From positions 189,359 through 253,358 of the forward strand of contig CALNYG010000013.1 in NCBI GenBank assembly GCA_942490825.1: a stretch of DNA of 64,000 nt, in the 5' to 3' direction. Position numbers and translations under genes: made by a program. Under the pieces are notes generated by a model. The model had not been told where the DNA came from, did not search any database, and saw nothing but the letters and a program-made list of their open reading frames with translations. Shown here in pieces: positions 1-12,672 of this stretch. The stretch comes from Candidatus Moraniibacteriota bacterium. GTDB lineage: Bacteria; Patescibacteriota; Minisyncoccia; Moranbacterales; GCA-2747515. The first letter of the stretch is position 1. Each line of letters starts with the position of its first letter.

Positions 1-120
1 AGTAACAATGAAAATATAAAAAAAGAAATGATTAAGGATGTTTTTCATCTAAAAAATAAATTTAGCTATAATAATTCAGCTAAACAATTTCTTTTAATAT
101 GTCAAAAAATTGTTAATTAG
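1..120 (+). CDS. 3' end of an upstream CDS (last 39 codons, product unknown)
   Basis: Frame 1 is open from the window edge to TAG at 118-120. Too short to assign. Confidence 0.3.
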   Translation, partial: SNNENIKKEMIKDVFHLKNKFSYNNSAKQFLLICQKIVN

Positions 121-177
121 TTTATTTTATACATTTTGCAACCAAAATGTATTTTTAATTTTTGATTGTTTTACTTC

Positions 178-1377
178 ATGAATATTCGAAATAACGGATT
201 TTTTACTAGAAATAAGTCTAAGTCTAATGCTGGCTTTAAAGATAAGTTTAAAAATAAAAAGAAATTATTTATAATTTTAGGAATAATTTTAGGAATTTTT
301 TTGGTTGGTTTTTTAATTGTTAATTCAATGGTTAATAATGCTACAGGTGGAGAAGGCAATCTTATAGGAAGCATTACTAGAAAAGTTATTCCAGGAGAAT
401 CTCCGTTGGATGGAGAGGATGATGGAAGAATCAATATTGCTTTATTAGGTATGCGTGGAAAAGGTGTTGAGGGCGGTGGAACTTTAGCTGATACAATTAT
501 TATTGCTAGTATTCGAATTATTGAAAATGAATCTGATAAAGATGCATTGCCAACTTATAAAGTTTCTATGGTTTCAATTCCGCGTGATTTATATGTAACA
601 GTACCTGGAACTAATGATCATCAAAAAATAAATGCTGTTTATCATTATGGAGAAAAACAAGGAGATAAAGGTGGTCTAGAATTGATGAAGACTATTTTAC
701 AAGATATTTCAGGTCAGAAAATTCATTATGCAATGGCAATAAATTTTGCTGGATTTGAACAAATTGTTGATGCTTTGGATGGTGTCGAAGTTACTTTAGA
801 TGAAGAATTTATTGAGCCAATTCAATTTCATGAAGAAAAAGTTTGTGATGGTACTAAGGGAGGTGTGTTTACTGTAAAAAGTGGTAATTTTCAGAATAAA
901 ATTGATCATAATAAGATAATTGCAAGGTATCCCTTGTGTTACAATGAGACTGAAGAATGTAATGGTGTTTTTAAAGTGCCAGCAGGAACTCAGGTTTTAG
1001 ATGGAAAAAATGCTCTTTGTTATGTTCGTGCTCGTGTTACTTCAAATGATTTTGACCGTGCGAGACGTCAACAGGATGTTATTAAACAATTAAAGAAAAA
1101 AGCTTTGTCAGTTGGTTTTTTGAGTGATTTTGGTAAGATAAGTGAAATGATGGGAATTGTGGGTGATAATTTATCTTTTGATATGGAACTGTGGGAAATG
1201 GAAAGATTCTTTAATATATATAAAGAAATGGGTGATCCTGAAGTGGTTCAAAAAGTTTTAGATAACTCTGCAGAAGGATTGCTTCAGTCTCATGAGGGAG
1301 ATGCTCGTGGTTATATTTTAATGCCTCGAAGTGGAGCTTATGATGAAATTAGAGATTTATTTGCAAATATAATTTAG
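178..1377 (+). CDS. LytR-CpsA-Psr (LCP) family envelope phosphotransferase
   Basis: N-terminal TM helix followed by LCP hallmarks INIALLGMRG, ADTIIIASI, VSIPRDLYV, RARVTSNDFDRARRQQ. The ORF track starts at TTG 166; ATG 178 is preferred. Confidence 0.8.
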   Translation: MNIRNNGFFTRNKSKSNAGFKDKFKNKKKLFIILGIILGIFLVGFLIVNSMVNNATGGEGNLIGSITRKVIPGESPLDGEDDGRINIALLGMRGKGVEGGGTLADTIIIASIRIIENESDKDALPTYKVSMVSIPRDLYVTVPGTNDHQKINAVYHYGEKQGDKGGLELMKTILQDISGQKIHYAMAINFAGFEQIVDALDGVEVTLDEEFIEPIQFHEEKVCDGTKGGVFTVKSGNFQNKIDHNKIIARYPLCYNETEECNGVFKVPAGTQVLDGKNALCYVRARVTSNDFDRARRQQDVIKQLKKKALSVGFLSDFGKISEMMGIVGDNLSFDMELWEMERFFNIYKEMGDPEVVQKVLDNSAEGLLQSHEGDARGYILMPRSGAYDEIRDLFANII

Positions 1378-1531
1378 TGATAGATTTTTAGATATTTATA
1401 AAATTAGACTTTTAGTTTTTTGCTAGAAGTCTTTTTTTCTAGTATGATTTAGATAGTCGATTTTTTATATAAAGTTTCGAAGATTTTTATACTACTATTT
1501 GTCTTATTTTGAAAATTTTTAAATTAAAATT

Positions 1532-2362
1532 ATGTTATCAATTGCAATAAATAATTATAAAAACCCTGAACTCCTTAAGCTTTGCATTAATTCAATTAAG
1601 AAAAATGTTAAGGGTATTGAGTATGAAATTATCGTGGCAGACAGTGCTACGGAAGAAGATACTCGATTGATGATGCAGGAAGATTTTCCTGATGTTAAAT
1701 TTTTTCCTTTTAAAAAAAATGTTGGATTAGCTCCTTTGATTAGAAAAGGTATGGGAGTGGCTACGGGTGATTATATTTTAATTTTAAATGGGGATATCTT
1801 AGTCCAGCCGGGTTCAGTGGAAAAGATGATTTTTTTCTTAGAAAATAATAAAGACGTTGGTTTGATTGGTCCGAAACTTTTGAATTTTAATGAGACTTTA
1901 CAAGATTCCTGTTTTCGATTTTATAAATTGATTACTATTCCTTATCGGCGTACTTTTTTAGGAAAATTTCCTTTTGCTAAAAAACATTTAGATAATTTTT
2001 TGATGAGGGATTATGATCGTAAAAATTTTAAGGATGTTGATTGGTTGATGGGATCAGCTTTGATGTGCAGCCGAGAGGCTTTTGAGAAAGTTGGTCATTG
2101 GGATTTGCGATTTTTTATGTATTTGGAGGATACTGATTGGTGCCGTCGTTTTTGGGAAAATGGTTTTCGGGTGGTTTATTTTCCTGAGGTGGAGATGTTG
2201 CATTATCATGGAAAGGGTAGTGGTAAGGGTGGTGTGATTCATTCTTTGTTGATGAATAGGTATACTTGGATTCATATTTCTAGTGCGATTAAATATTTTA
2301 AAAAATATTGGGGAAAGGGAAATCCTAGGGTTGAGTATTTTGAGAACAAAAATCAAAAATAA
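1532..2362 (+). CDS. glycosyltransferase family 2
   Basis: GT-A pattern: LSIAINNY, ADSATEED, LNGD (DxD-like), YLEDTDWCRR. Confidence 0.8.
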   Translation: MLSIAINNYKNPELLKLCINSIKKNVKGIEYEIIVADSATEEDTRLMMQEDFPDVKFFPFKKNVGLAPLIRKGMGVATGDYILILNGDILVQPGSVEKMIFFLENNKDVGLIGPKLLNFNETLQDSCFRFYKLITIPYRRTFLGKFPFAKKHLDNFLMRDYDRKNFKDVDWLMGSALMCSREAFEKVGHWDLRFFMYLEDTDWCRRFWENGFRVVYFPEVEMLHYHGKGSGKGGVIHSLLMNRYTWIHISSAIKYFKKYWGKGNPRVEYFENKNQK

Positions 2363-2378
2363 TTTTTTACTAAGTAAT

Positions 2379-3257
2379 ATGCGACATAATTTTAACGTAA
2401 ACGTAGCTTTATTGCAGTTAGATAGCAGTATAAAAGATAATCTTTTAGATACTAGAAATGCTTTAATAAATGCAAAAGAAAAAGGTGCTGAAATTGCATT
2501 ATTTCCTGAAATGTGGACAACGGGTTATGAAGAATGCCCAAGTGAAAAAAGTGAATTTGATAAATGGAAGAAAAAATCAATTTATATTGGGGATGAGAGG
2601 TATAATGATTATGTCAATCTTGCAAGAGAGATTGGAATTGCTATGGTATTTACTTTTTTAGAATCTAATAAGCAAAAAACCGAATTTTATAATTCCGCTA
2701 CTTTGATTAATAAAGAAGGGAATACTATTCTGCATTATAGAAAAACTCATATGGTAGATAAAGGTTGGGAGTCAATGCTTGTGGCAGGTGAAGAATTTCC
2801 AGTGGCTAATTTAAAAACTGATAAAGGTTCAGTTAAGGTTGGTATTATGATTTGTTATGATAGAGAATTTCCTGAAGTGGCGAGAATTTTAATGTTGAAA
2901 GGGGCTGAATTAATTCTTGTGCCAAATGCTTGTATATTAGAAAATAATCGCATTGCACAATTTCAGTCGAGAGGATTTGAAAATATGCTTGGTGTGGCTA
3001 TGGCTAATTATCCAAAGCTTCAAGGAAAATCAGTAGCTTTTGATGGCATGAGAAAAAAAGGCGAGGAATATGATCCACTTTTAGTTATGGGAGACGGGTC
3101 TAATGATATTTTTATGGCTAAATTCAATATAGACAAATTACGAGAATATAGGGAAAAAGAAATTTGGGGAGACGCTTATCGTAGACCATATTTGTATAAA
3201 TTGCTAGTAAATGATGATCCAAAACATCCTTTTAAAAGATCTGCTGCTAGAAGATAA
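2379..3257 (+). CDS. carbon-nitrogen hydrolase (nitrilase superfamily)
   Basis: Glu-Lys-Cys triad contexts ALFPEMW, YRKTHM, MICYDREFPE. The ORF-track start at 2283 overlaps the upstream gene; ATG 2379 (MRHNF) is preferred. Confidence 0.8.
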   Translation: MRHNFNVNVALLQLDSSIKDNLLDTRNALINAKEKGAEIALFPEMWTTGYEECPSEKSEFDKWKKKSIYIGDERYNDYVNLAREIGIAMVFTFLESNKQKTEFYNSATLINKEGNTILHYRKTHMVDKGWESMLVAGEEFPVANLKTDKGSVKVGIMICYDREFPEVARILMLKGAELILVPNACILENNRIAQFQSRGFENMLGVAMANYPKLQGKSVAFDGMRKKGEEYDPLLVMGDGSNDIFMAKFNIDKLREYREKEIWGDAYRRPYLYKLLVNDDPKHPFKRSAARR

Positions 3258-3285
3258 TTTTATTTTTAAATAAATAATAAACAAT

Positions 3286-4452
3286 ATGCAACAAAATTTT
3301 AAATCAAACATTTGGAAATATTTTATTCTTGTATTTACGCAAAGAAGAAATTTTCTTCCAGTATTATCAATATATTTTTTAACAATCCCAAATACCCAAG
3401 TTCAGCAAATCGGAATTTACACAGCAGCAGGAGCTCTAGCTTCTTTTTTATTAGAAATACCAAGTGGATATTTCGCAGATATTTTTGGACATAAAAAAAC
3501 TTTAGTTGTTTCAAAAATATTCATGTTTTTGTCTTCAATATTTTTTATCATAGCCGATAGTTTTTGGTATTTTTTAGCTGGGTCAGTTTGTATAAGTTTA
3601 GGTTGGGCTTTTATGTCAGGGGCTGGTAATGCTTTTATGCATGAGACTTTAATTAAATTAAAAAGAGAAGGTGAGTATACAAAGATAATGTCTAAACTTT
3701 CAGCTAATGTCTCACTTTTATGCATACCTTTTATAATTACTCTGCCATTTTTTACAAAAATAGATATTGTTTTACCTATAATCATTTGGGCCTTTTTTGA
3801 TTTTTTAGGATTAATAATAATTTTATCTGCAACTGATCCAAAAAATGGAGTGATGATTGCTAAAAAAGATCAGAAGTCAATTTTTACTCTTATTAAAGAA
3901 ATCAAGCATGATAAATTTTTTGCAGTTGCAATTTTTACAGGCGCTATTTCGGCGTTTACGGTTACAATGGGATCGTTTCGTCCTGTTTACCTTGAATCAT
4001 TAGGATTTCAAGTAGTTTTTTTAGGTTTTGTAATGGGAGGATCTAGGTTTGTTTGGTTTCTTGTGGGTCATCGTGTGCATTGGATAGAAAAATTTCTTTC
4101 AATGAAGCAACATTTTTTAATTGAAATTTTAGTGTTTGTTGGAGGCTTATTTTTATTAGCAGTTCTTAATAATGTATATATTATTGCTATTGTTTTTATT
4201 TTGATAAATGGTTATTGGTTAGGTAGAGATCAATTGATTAGTGGATACTTTTTAAAAGATTATATTAAAGATAAAAATTATAAAGCCACGCTTTTGTCTG
4301 TGCGTAGCCAAATTTCAGCAATGATTCAAATAGCCACTTCTTTTTTAATTGGATTTGTAATGAATTATTCTTATCAACTAGGATATGCAGTTTTAGGTGG
4401 AGTTCTTTTGTTAATACTATCTTCAAGTTACTATTTTATTCGAAAACATTAA
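3286..4452 (+). CDS. MFS-type transporter
   Basis: About 12 hydrophobic segments. Motif-A-like GYFADIFGHKKT after the second helix. Confidence 0.65.
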   Translation: MQQNFKSNIWKYFILVFTQRRNFLPVLSIYFLTIPNTQVQQIGIYTAAGALASFLLEIPSGYFADIFGHKKTLVVSKIFMFLSSIFFIIADSFWYFLAGSVCISLGWAFMSGAGNAFMHETLIKLKREGEYTKIMSKLSANVSLLCIPFIITLPFFTKIDIVLPIIIWAFFDFLGLIIILSATDPKNGVMIAKKDQKSIFTLIKEIKHDKFFAVAIFTGAISAFTVTMGSFRPVYLESLGFQVVFLGFVMGGSRFVWFLVGHRVHWIEKFLSMKQHFLIEILVFVGGLFLLAVLNNVYIIAIVFILINGYWLGRDQLISGYFLKDYIKDKNYKATLLSVRSQISAMIQIATSFLIGFVMNYSYQLGYAVLGGVLLLILSSSYYFIRKH

Positions 4453-4470
4453 ATTATTAAGTTTGCAAAA

Positions 4471-4566
4471 AACCTAAAGTATAGATTCTGGATAAATTAT
4501 TTTCTATATATAAAAAGCGATAAATCGACGTTTCTACAAAAGAAAATATATTTTCCGGAATGACAT
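4471..4566 (+). repeat. B-family MITE/REP-like unit B1
   Basis: aacctaaagtatagattctggataaattattttctat ... aagaaaatatattttccggaatgacat. Confidence 0.75.
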
Positions 4567-4582
4567 TTACAAGAGGTGATGG

Positions 4583-4602
4583 AAAGCCCGTGCGGCGAGC
4601 AC
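4583..4602 (+). repeat. GC-rich 20-mer, copy 1
   Basis: aaagcccgtgcggcgagcac followed by tttttt. Confidence 0.9.
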
Positions 4603-4641
4603 TTTTTTAGAGACCTTAAAATTTTAAAAAAACTCATAAAA

Positions 4642-4670
4642 TTGCATTTCAAGCAATTTTTCGCTACAAT
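4642..4670 (+). promoter_or_regulatory. sigma70-like promoter upstream of the S41 peptidase gene
   Basis: TTGCAT-N17-TACAAT. Confidence 0.45.
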
Positions 4671-4703
4671 TAGGATATTGATTAAAATAAAAATTTTAAA
4701 CTT

Positions 4704-5990
4704 ATGATGAATTATACGACTACCTCAGAAAAAGAAAAAAAGCAGATATCTTATGTAACAGTTGTTTTCACAACTCTGTTTTTTTCTTTAATATTTTTAT
4801 TGGTAGGTTTCTTTTTAGGACGAGAGTCAGTGGGCGAAAAATTATCCACCTCACGTTTCAATAATTCATTTAGTACAAAAGATGACAAATCATCAGAGAA
4901 AGATGTAGATCTTACTTTGTTTTGGGAGGTTTGGGATAAATTAGAAGAAAGATATGTAGATAATGATGAGTTGGATTCGCAAAAGATGATGTATGGAGCA
5001 ATTGATGGAATGTTAAGGTCTACGGGAGATCCGTATACAATTTTTCTTGATGCAGAACAAATGAAATCTTTGGAAGAGGAATTGAGCGGTGACTTTGAGG
5101 GAATTGGAGCAGAAATTGGAGTTAAAGATGAGATTTTAACTATAGTTGCACCATTGGAAGATTCACCAGCAATGAAATCTGGTCTTATGGCAGGTGATAA
5201 GATTGTTAAAATAGACGGTGGAGATACATCAGGAATGAATGTTTATGATGCGGTTAAGAAGATTAAAGGAAAGAAGGGCACGGAAGTTATTTTGAACATT
5301 TATCGAAAGGGTGAGGATGATACTCGAGATGTCTCGGTTATTCGTGACAAAATTAACGTAAAAAGTGTTAAGCTTGAATTTATTGATAATGTGGCTCATG
5401 TAAAGCTTATGCAGTTTGGTGACCATACAACAGCTGAGTTACAAAAGGCTATCCGTGAGATTCAAAAAACAGAGAATGTTAAAGGTGTGATTTTGGACAT
5501 GCGAAATAATTCAGGTGGTTATTTGAGTACAGCAGTGGATGTTTCCAGTAAATTTTTGAAAAATGATTTAGTGGTTGTTTCGCAAAAGAATGTAGAAAAA
5601 AAAGAAACCAAGCTTTATTCTGAAGGTTATGCTCCGTTTATTAATATTCCAGTTGTAGTTTTAATCAACGAAGGAAGTGCGAGTGCGTCGGAGATTGTTG
5701 CAGGTGCTCTAAGGGATAATCGAGAGGATGTTGTTTTGGTGGGTAAGAAGTCTTTTGGAAAGGGTTCTGTTCAGGAGTTAATTCCTACTCGCGGTAAGAC
5801 TGCAGCAAAAATTACGATTGCAAAGTGGTTTACTCCTAACGGTGATGGTATTAATGAAAAGGGAATTGAGCCTGATTTTACGGTTGATTATTCAATTGAG
5901 GATTATGAGAATGATAGGGATCCGCAGTTGGACAAAGCAATTCAGGTTGTTAAAGAGAAGTTTTTAAGTTCTAATTTTATTAAACTTTAA
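4704..5990 (+). CDS. S41 family C-terminal processing peptidase with PDZ domain
   Basis: TM anchor. PDZ-like GIGAEIG...GDKIVKIDG. Catalytic contexts GSASASEIVAGAL and GKKSFGKGSVQ. Confidence 0.85.
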   Translation: MMNYTTTSEKEKKQISYVTVVFTTLFFSLIFLLVGFFLGRESVGEKLSTSRFNNSFSTKDDKSSEKDVDLTLFWEVWDKLEERYVDNDELDSQKMMYGAIDGMLRSTGDPYTIFLDAEQMKSLEEELSGDFEGIGAEIGVKDEILTIVAPLEDSPAMKSGLMAGDKIVKIDGGDTSGMNVYDAVKKIKGKKGTEVILNIYRKGEDDTRDVSVIRDKINVKSVKLEFIDNVAHVKLMQFGDHTTAELQKAIREIQKTENVKGVILDMRNNSGGYLSTAVDVSSKFLKNDLVVVSQKNVEKKETKLYSEGYAPFINIPVVVLINEGSASASEIVAGALRDNREDVVLVGKKSFGKGSVQELIPTRGKTAAKITIAKWFTPNGDGINEKGIEPDFTVDYSIEDYENDRDPQLDKAIQVVKEKFLSSNFIKL

Positions 5991-6046
5991 TGTTGATTTT
6001 GCGGGTGTTTTGGGGTATAGTGGAATATTAAGTTTAAAGTTTTTTT

Positions 6047-6841
6047 ATGAAAGAATTTTTTGTAAAGTACAAAGTTTTTATTATTATAGTTTTAATTTTA
6101 AGTTTTTTTGTTTTGGTCTTTTTTATAGTCTATAATATTATTAATAATAAAGAATTTGTATTCATTGAAGAAGGTAATGAAGAATACTTTACGAATAATA
6201 TTGAAACTATTGAAAGTGGGAATCTTTATTTTAAAAGAAATAATGATATATATTTTAGATATAAATGCCCTCCTGATGGAACTTTTTGTTTTAATAAAGT
6301 TGGAAATGCTAATTTAGAAACATTTAAAATTATTAATCCTGAATTAAAATTTCCTTTTCTTCCTTATGCAAAAGATGAAAATCATGTGTATTGTGGAGGA
6401 GGGAAAGTGAAAAAAGCAGATCCTAAAACCTTCGATTTTTTATTTGGAAAATATTTTAAGGATAAGAATAATATATACTATCAATGCAAGAATTTAAATG
6501 TTGATCTAGAAACTTTTAGGGTAATTGATGAAAAAAGAGAATATGTTGCTGATAAAAATTATGTATGGAGAGGTAATTGCAAAGAAAAATTTGAGACATA
6601 TTTAGACCCTAGCACTTTTGAAATCTTAAGTGCATATTATGCAAAAGATAAAAATGGAGCATATTTTATAGATACACCAGTTCAATCTTGTATAACAAAA
6701 AAAATAGAAAATGTTGATCTAGAAACTTTTGAAGTAATCGGGAATGATGATTACAATACATATACAAAAGATAAAAACAATTGTTACTATTATAGGGGTG
6801 AGATTGTGCCAATGTCTGAATGTGAAAAATTAACTAAATAA
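6047..6841 (+). CDS. DKNYY repeat family protein, membrane anchored
   Basis: N-terminal TM helix. Repeated KDKNNIYY, DKNYVW, KDKNGAYF, KDKNNCYYY units. Confidence 0.6.
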   Translation: MKEFFVKYKVFIIIVLILSFFVLVFFIVYNIINNKEFVFIEEGNEEYFTNNIETIESGNLYFKRNNDIYFRYKCPPDGTFCFNKVGNANLETFKIINPELKFPFLPYAKDENHVYCGGGKVKKADPKTFDFLFGKYFKDKNNIYYQCKNLNVDLETFRVIDEKREYVADKNYVWRGNCKEKFETYLDPSTFEILSAYYAKDKNGAYFIDTPVQSCITKKIENVDLETFEVIGNDDYNTYTKDKNNCYYYRGEIVPMSECEKLTK

Positions 6842-6845
6842 AATT

Positions 6846-7853
6846 ATGTTTGTAAAAAAAATAGGAATCGATTTAGGAACAGCTAACACATTAGTCTTCA
6901 TACCCGGAAAAGGCGTCGTTGTAGACGAACCATCAGTAGTCGCAGTAGACATAAATGACAATAAAGTATTAGCAGTAGGAAATGAAGCTAAAGAAATGGT
7001 CGGACGAACACCAGATAACATTATTGCATATCGTCCTCTTAAAGATGGAGCAATTGCAGACTATCGAGTAACTGAGGCGATGTTAAAATATTTTATCGAT
7101 AAAGTAAGTGGACGTATGCGTTTCATTCGACCAGAAGTTATGATTTCAATTCCAGCAGGGGTAACATCAACAGAGAAAAGAGCTGTGGTTGATGCAGCGA
7201 TGCGAGCAGGAGCAAAAATAGCCTATGTCATTAAAGAGCCGATGTTAGCTATTATTGGAGCAGGAGTGCCAATTCATGAAGCTCAAGGAAACATGATTAT
7301 TAATATCGGTGGTGGAACAAGTGAAATTGCAGTAGTCTCTTTAGGTGGAATCGTAGCATCAAATAGTGCTCGCGTTGGCGGAAACAGATTCGATCAGGCA
7401 ATTTCAGATTATATTAAACGAAAATATTCACTAGCTATTGGAGAACAAACAGCTGAGGAAGTTAAAAAGACAATTGGTAGTGCTTTGGCGCAAGTGAAAG
7501 AAGAAAAGATGGACGTTTGTGGTCGTGATTTGATGGGAGGATTACCAAAGACTGTTGAGGTTTCTTCAAATGAAATTACTGAAGCTTTGCAAGATGAATT
7601 GCGAGAAGTAATTAATGCAATTAAAAAAGTTTTACAAGAGACTCCACCAGAATTAGCGTCTGATATTATAGACAAAGGAACTATTCTTTCTGGAGGTGGG
7701 GCTTTATTAAATAACTTAGATCAGCTTATTACGAAAACTATTGGTGTTCCATGTTATATTGCGGAAAATCCGTTGCAATGTGTGGCTCGGGGAACTGGTC
7801 AGGTTTTGGATAATTTAGATGTTTATAAGCGGACTATTTTGACAAATAAGTAG
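6846..7853 (+). CDS. mreB: rod shape-determining protein MreB
   Basis: Actin-fold motifs GIDLGTANT, EPMLAIIGAG, INIGGGTSEIA, LSGGGALL. Confidence 0.9.
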   Translation: MFVKKIGIDLGTANTLVFIPGKGVVVDEPSVVAVDINDNKVLAVGNEAKEMVGRTPDNIIAYRPLKDGAIADYRVTEAMLKYFIDKVSGRMRFIRPEVMISIPAGVTSTEKRAVVDAAMRAGAKIAYVIKEPMLAIIGAGVPIHEAQGNMIINIGGGTSEIAVVSLGGIVASNSARVGGNRFDQAISDYIKRKYSLAIGEQTAEEVKKTIGSALAQVKEEKMDVCGRDLMGGLPKTVEVSSNEITEALQDELREVINAIKKVLQETPPELASDIIDKGTILSGGGALLNNLDQLITKTIGVPCYIAENPLQCVARGTGQVLDNLDVYKRTILTNK

Positions 7854-7878
7854 GTGTTAATTTTTAATTAATAAAAAT

Positions 7879-8559
7879 ATGAAAAAAATATTATCAATCG
7901 TTTGTTTTGGGTTTATTTTATGCGGATGTGAAAGTAATGATGCTAATAACAGCATTGAAAATGATTCGAATGTTATTAAAAGTGATTTTGGTTTTGAGAT
8001 TAAAGTCCTTAAAGAATGGAAGGTATCAAAGTATAATTCAATTATGAATGCTAATGATTTGTTACTTGAAAAAAGTGATAGGCAAAAAAGTTTAGCAAAA
8101 ATAGTTGATAATCAAGAATTGAACGATGAAGAAAAGGAGATGCATAAAAATTTTATTGATAATTATAATTTGAATGAAAGTCAATATATAACTTTAGTTA
8201 AAAAAGAAGATGATGTTGAAAGTGTCAGTGCGGATGATTTTGATAATTTTATTAAAAATATTTCTACTGGGGATCAGTCAGTTGTTGATTTTGTCATTAG
8301 CTCAAGTAATATTAATTTCGATAAGATAATTGAGAAAGGCGAAGGTGATGTTGAAATTAAAGTTTTTGAAACAAATGAAAATATTAAATTTAAATATTCA
8401 AATAGACAGGGTTTCCAGATTATAAATATTCCTTTAAACTCAAATAAAAAGTTAGCTAATGGAGAAATTGCTAGTCAATTAGGTGTCATTGTTAATGATA
8501 AATTTATGAGTAAAGAAAAATTAATTGAGTGGATAAAAACAATAAAATTAGATAGATAA
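7879..8559 (+). CDS. putative lipoprotein, unknown function
   Basis: Signal peptide with lipobox-like FILCGC. No recognisable domain. Confidence 0.5.
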   Translation: MKKILSIVCFGFILCGCESNDANNSIENDSNVIKSDFGFEIKVLKEWKVSKYNSIMNANDLLLEKSDRQKSLAKIVDNQELNDEEKEMHKNFIDNYNLNESQYITLVKKEDDVESVSADDFDNFIKNISTGDQSVVDFVISSSNINFDKIIEKGEGDVEIKVFETNENIKFKYSNRQGFQIINIPLNSNKKLANGEIASQLGVIVNDKFMSKEKLIEWIKTIKLDR

Positions 8560-8624
8560 TTTAAGAGTTTTCATGATATAAATTTTAAAAAATGCTATGA
8601 CGATGTTTTTGATTTTCATCAAGC

Positions 8625-8867
8625 TCAAAAAATAATTACCACTTTATTATTTTTAATGTGGCATTCTCCATTTTTACTTTTAATAATTATTTTATTATTA
8701 TTAACATCAAAAAATCTCAAAACTATATTTCCTTCACTAACCAAAATAAAAGATTCAGCATGTCCAGTTAAAATTTCCATATTTCCAGAAGAAATTGGAA
8801 TTAGTATGCTTTTCAAATTATCATAAACTTTATTTTCACTTGAAGAAGTGATTTTGCAAGTGATCAT
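8625..8867 (-). CDS. atpC: F1 ATP synthase epsilon subunit, beta-sandwich only (80 aa)
   Basis: Sits immediately after atpD. Contains the GNMEILTGHAESFILVSEGNIV pattern of the epsilon N-domain. No C-terminal helical hairpin. Confidence 0.7.
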   Translation of the reverse strand: MITCKITSSSENKVYDNLKSILIPISSGNMEILTGHAESFILVSEGNIVLRFFDVNNNKIIIKSKNGECHIKNNKVVIIF

Positions 8868-8868
8868 T

Positions 8869-11080
<2,212 letters not shown>

Positions 11081-11124
11081 ATTTAAACTTTTATAAATTT
11101 TAATATTTATTCATTTTGCCTCGT

Positions 11125-11148
11125 CTGTTTATTTTATAAAATAAACAG
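11125..11148. repeat. perfect 11-bp palindrome in the atpA-atpG spacer
   Basis: ctgtttatttt-at-aaaataaacag. Confidence 0.7.
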
Positions 11149-11199
11149 TTTCCAGTTAAAATTACATAAGAGAATTAATGATAAAATATATTTAAAATA

Positions 11200-12672
11200 T
11201 TAAACTTGAGAATAAGACAATAAAAATTCTTGCTTAAAATCATTAACAATTTCTTGAATTTTAACTTTTATTTCATTATCAAACGTTCCACTTTCAATTT
11301 TTTCTAATGTCTTAAAATAACGGTTTCGTATTAATTCAAGTAAAAGAATCTCAAAAGTACTCCATTTATTTTTATCAATGTCATCAAAAAAACCTTTTTC
11401 TACAACATAAAATAATACCACTTGTTCAGGCCATTTAATATTCACGTGTTTATTTTGTTTTAAAAGTTCTAACATTAATTCTCCTCTGTAAATTTTTTTC
11501 TGAGCTTCAAGACTAACAGTCGTTTCTAATTGGGATAGCTTTTGTAATTCTTTATGTTGAGCTAAAACCAAACGAATTCCACTCACCACTTCTTTTAAAA
11601 CTTTAGGTTGCACTTGTGATCCTACTCTAGAAACAGAGAGTCCCACATTTACCGCTGGTAAAAAACCTTTCTGATAAAGACCTCTTTCTAAATAAATTTG
11701 TCCATCAGTAATAGAAATAATATTAGTCGGAATAAAAGACGTGATATCACCTTCTTGTGTTTCAACAATTGGCAAAGCTGTTAATGAGCCGCCACCTTTT
11801 TCCTCAGATAATTGAGCTGCTCGTTCCAAAAGACCAGCATGCAAAGAAAAAATATCACCTGGGTAAGATTCTCTTCCCGGAGATCTTTCTAATAATAATG
11901 AAATATCCCTGTAAGTTTTAGCATGTTTTGAAAGGTCATCATAAATAACCAAAGCGTCTTTACCTTGATCTCGAAAATATTCGCCAATAGCACAACCCAC
12001 AAAAGGCGCTAAATATTTTTCTGAAAATGAAGCATCTGCTGAAGAGGCTACTATTGTAGTGTATAAAAATGTATTATTTTTTTCACAAAGAGCAACTAAT
12101 TCTTTAATTTCTCTTTCTTTTTGACCACAAAAAACGTAGATACAATAAACTGGTGATTTATTATTTTTTTGATTTAATATTGTATCGATGGCAATCGTAC
12201 TTTTTCCTAATTTTTGATCACCGATTATAAGTTCTCTTTGACCTCTACCTAAAGGAAGATTTGTATCAATGATTTTTATTCCAGTAGAAAGGGGAGTGGT
12301 AACTGGAGATCTATCTATGATTGAAGGTGCTTGTTTAAAAATGCTAGTTGATTTCCCTTGAATTTCCCCTAATCCATCCCTTGCTTCTCCTAGACCATTG
12401 ACGATCCTACCTATGTAATCATCAGATATTTTTATAGAAAAAAGCTGATTACTGCGAAAAACAGTTTTTTTAAAATCAAATTTTTCCGAAAAAAATAATG
12501 CCTCAACAAAATCTTTGTCAAAACTTAAAACAATTGCCACTGAATTTCCTTGTTCATCCAAAAGAACTTCGTGTAAAAAAACTTGAGGCAAACCCTGAAT
12601 TCTAGCGATGCCCGAAAAAAAAGATATTATTTTTCCTGAGTTATTTTTTGTAGTGTTTATTTTATTTTTCAT
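11200..12672 (-). CDS. atpA: F1 ATP synthase alpha subunit
   Basis: P-loop GDQKLGKST, then YDDLSKHAKTYRDISLLL and PGDIFSLHAGLLERA. Confidence 0.95.
   Translation of the reverse strand: MKNKINTTKNNSGKIISFFSGIARIQGLPQVFLHEVLLDEQGNSVAIVLSFDKDFVEALFFSEKFDFKKTVFRSNQLFSIKISDDYIGRIVNGLGEARDGLGEIQGKSTSIFKQAPSIIDRSPVTTPLSTGIKIIDTNLPLGRGQRELIIGDQKLGKSTIAIDTILNQKNNKSPVYCIYVFCGQKEREIKELVALCEKNNTFLYTTIVASSADASFSEKYLAPFVGCAIGEYFRDQGKDALVIYDDLSKHAKTYRDISLLLERSPGRESYPGDIFSLHAGLLERAAQLSEEKGGGSLTALPIVETQEGDITSFIPTNIISITDGQIYLERGLYQKGFLPAVNVGLSVSRVGSQVQPKVLKEVVSGIRLVLAQHKELQKLSQLETTVSLEAQKKIYRGELMLELLKQNKHVNIKWPEQVVLFYVVEKGFFDDIDKNKWSTFEILLLELIRNRYFKTLEKIESGTFDNEIKVKIQEIVNDFKQEFLLSYSQV

Noticed and set aside
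2283-2378. Long N-terminal extensions in the ORF track: 2283 for the nitrilase-family gene, 19211 for orphan B, 47520 for the small membrane protein and 54664 for the HEPN-motif protein
   Set aside because: The extensions overlap the preceding gene and translate to implausible sequence. Internal ATG codons give compact non-overlapping genes.
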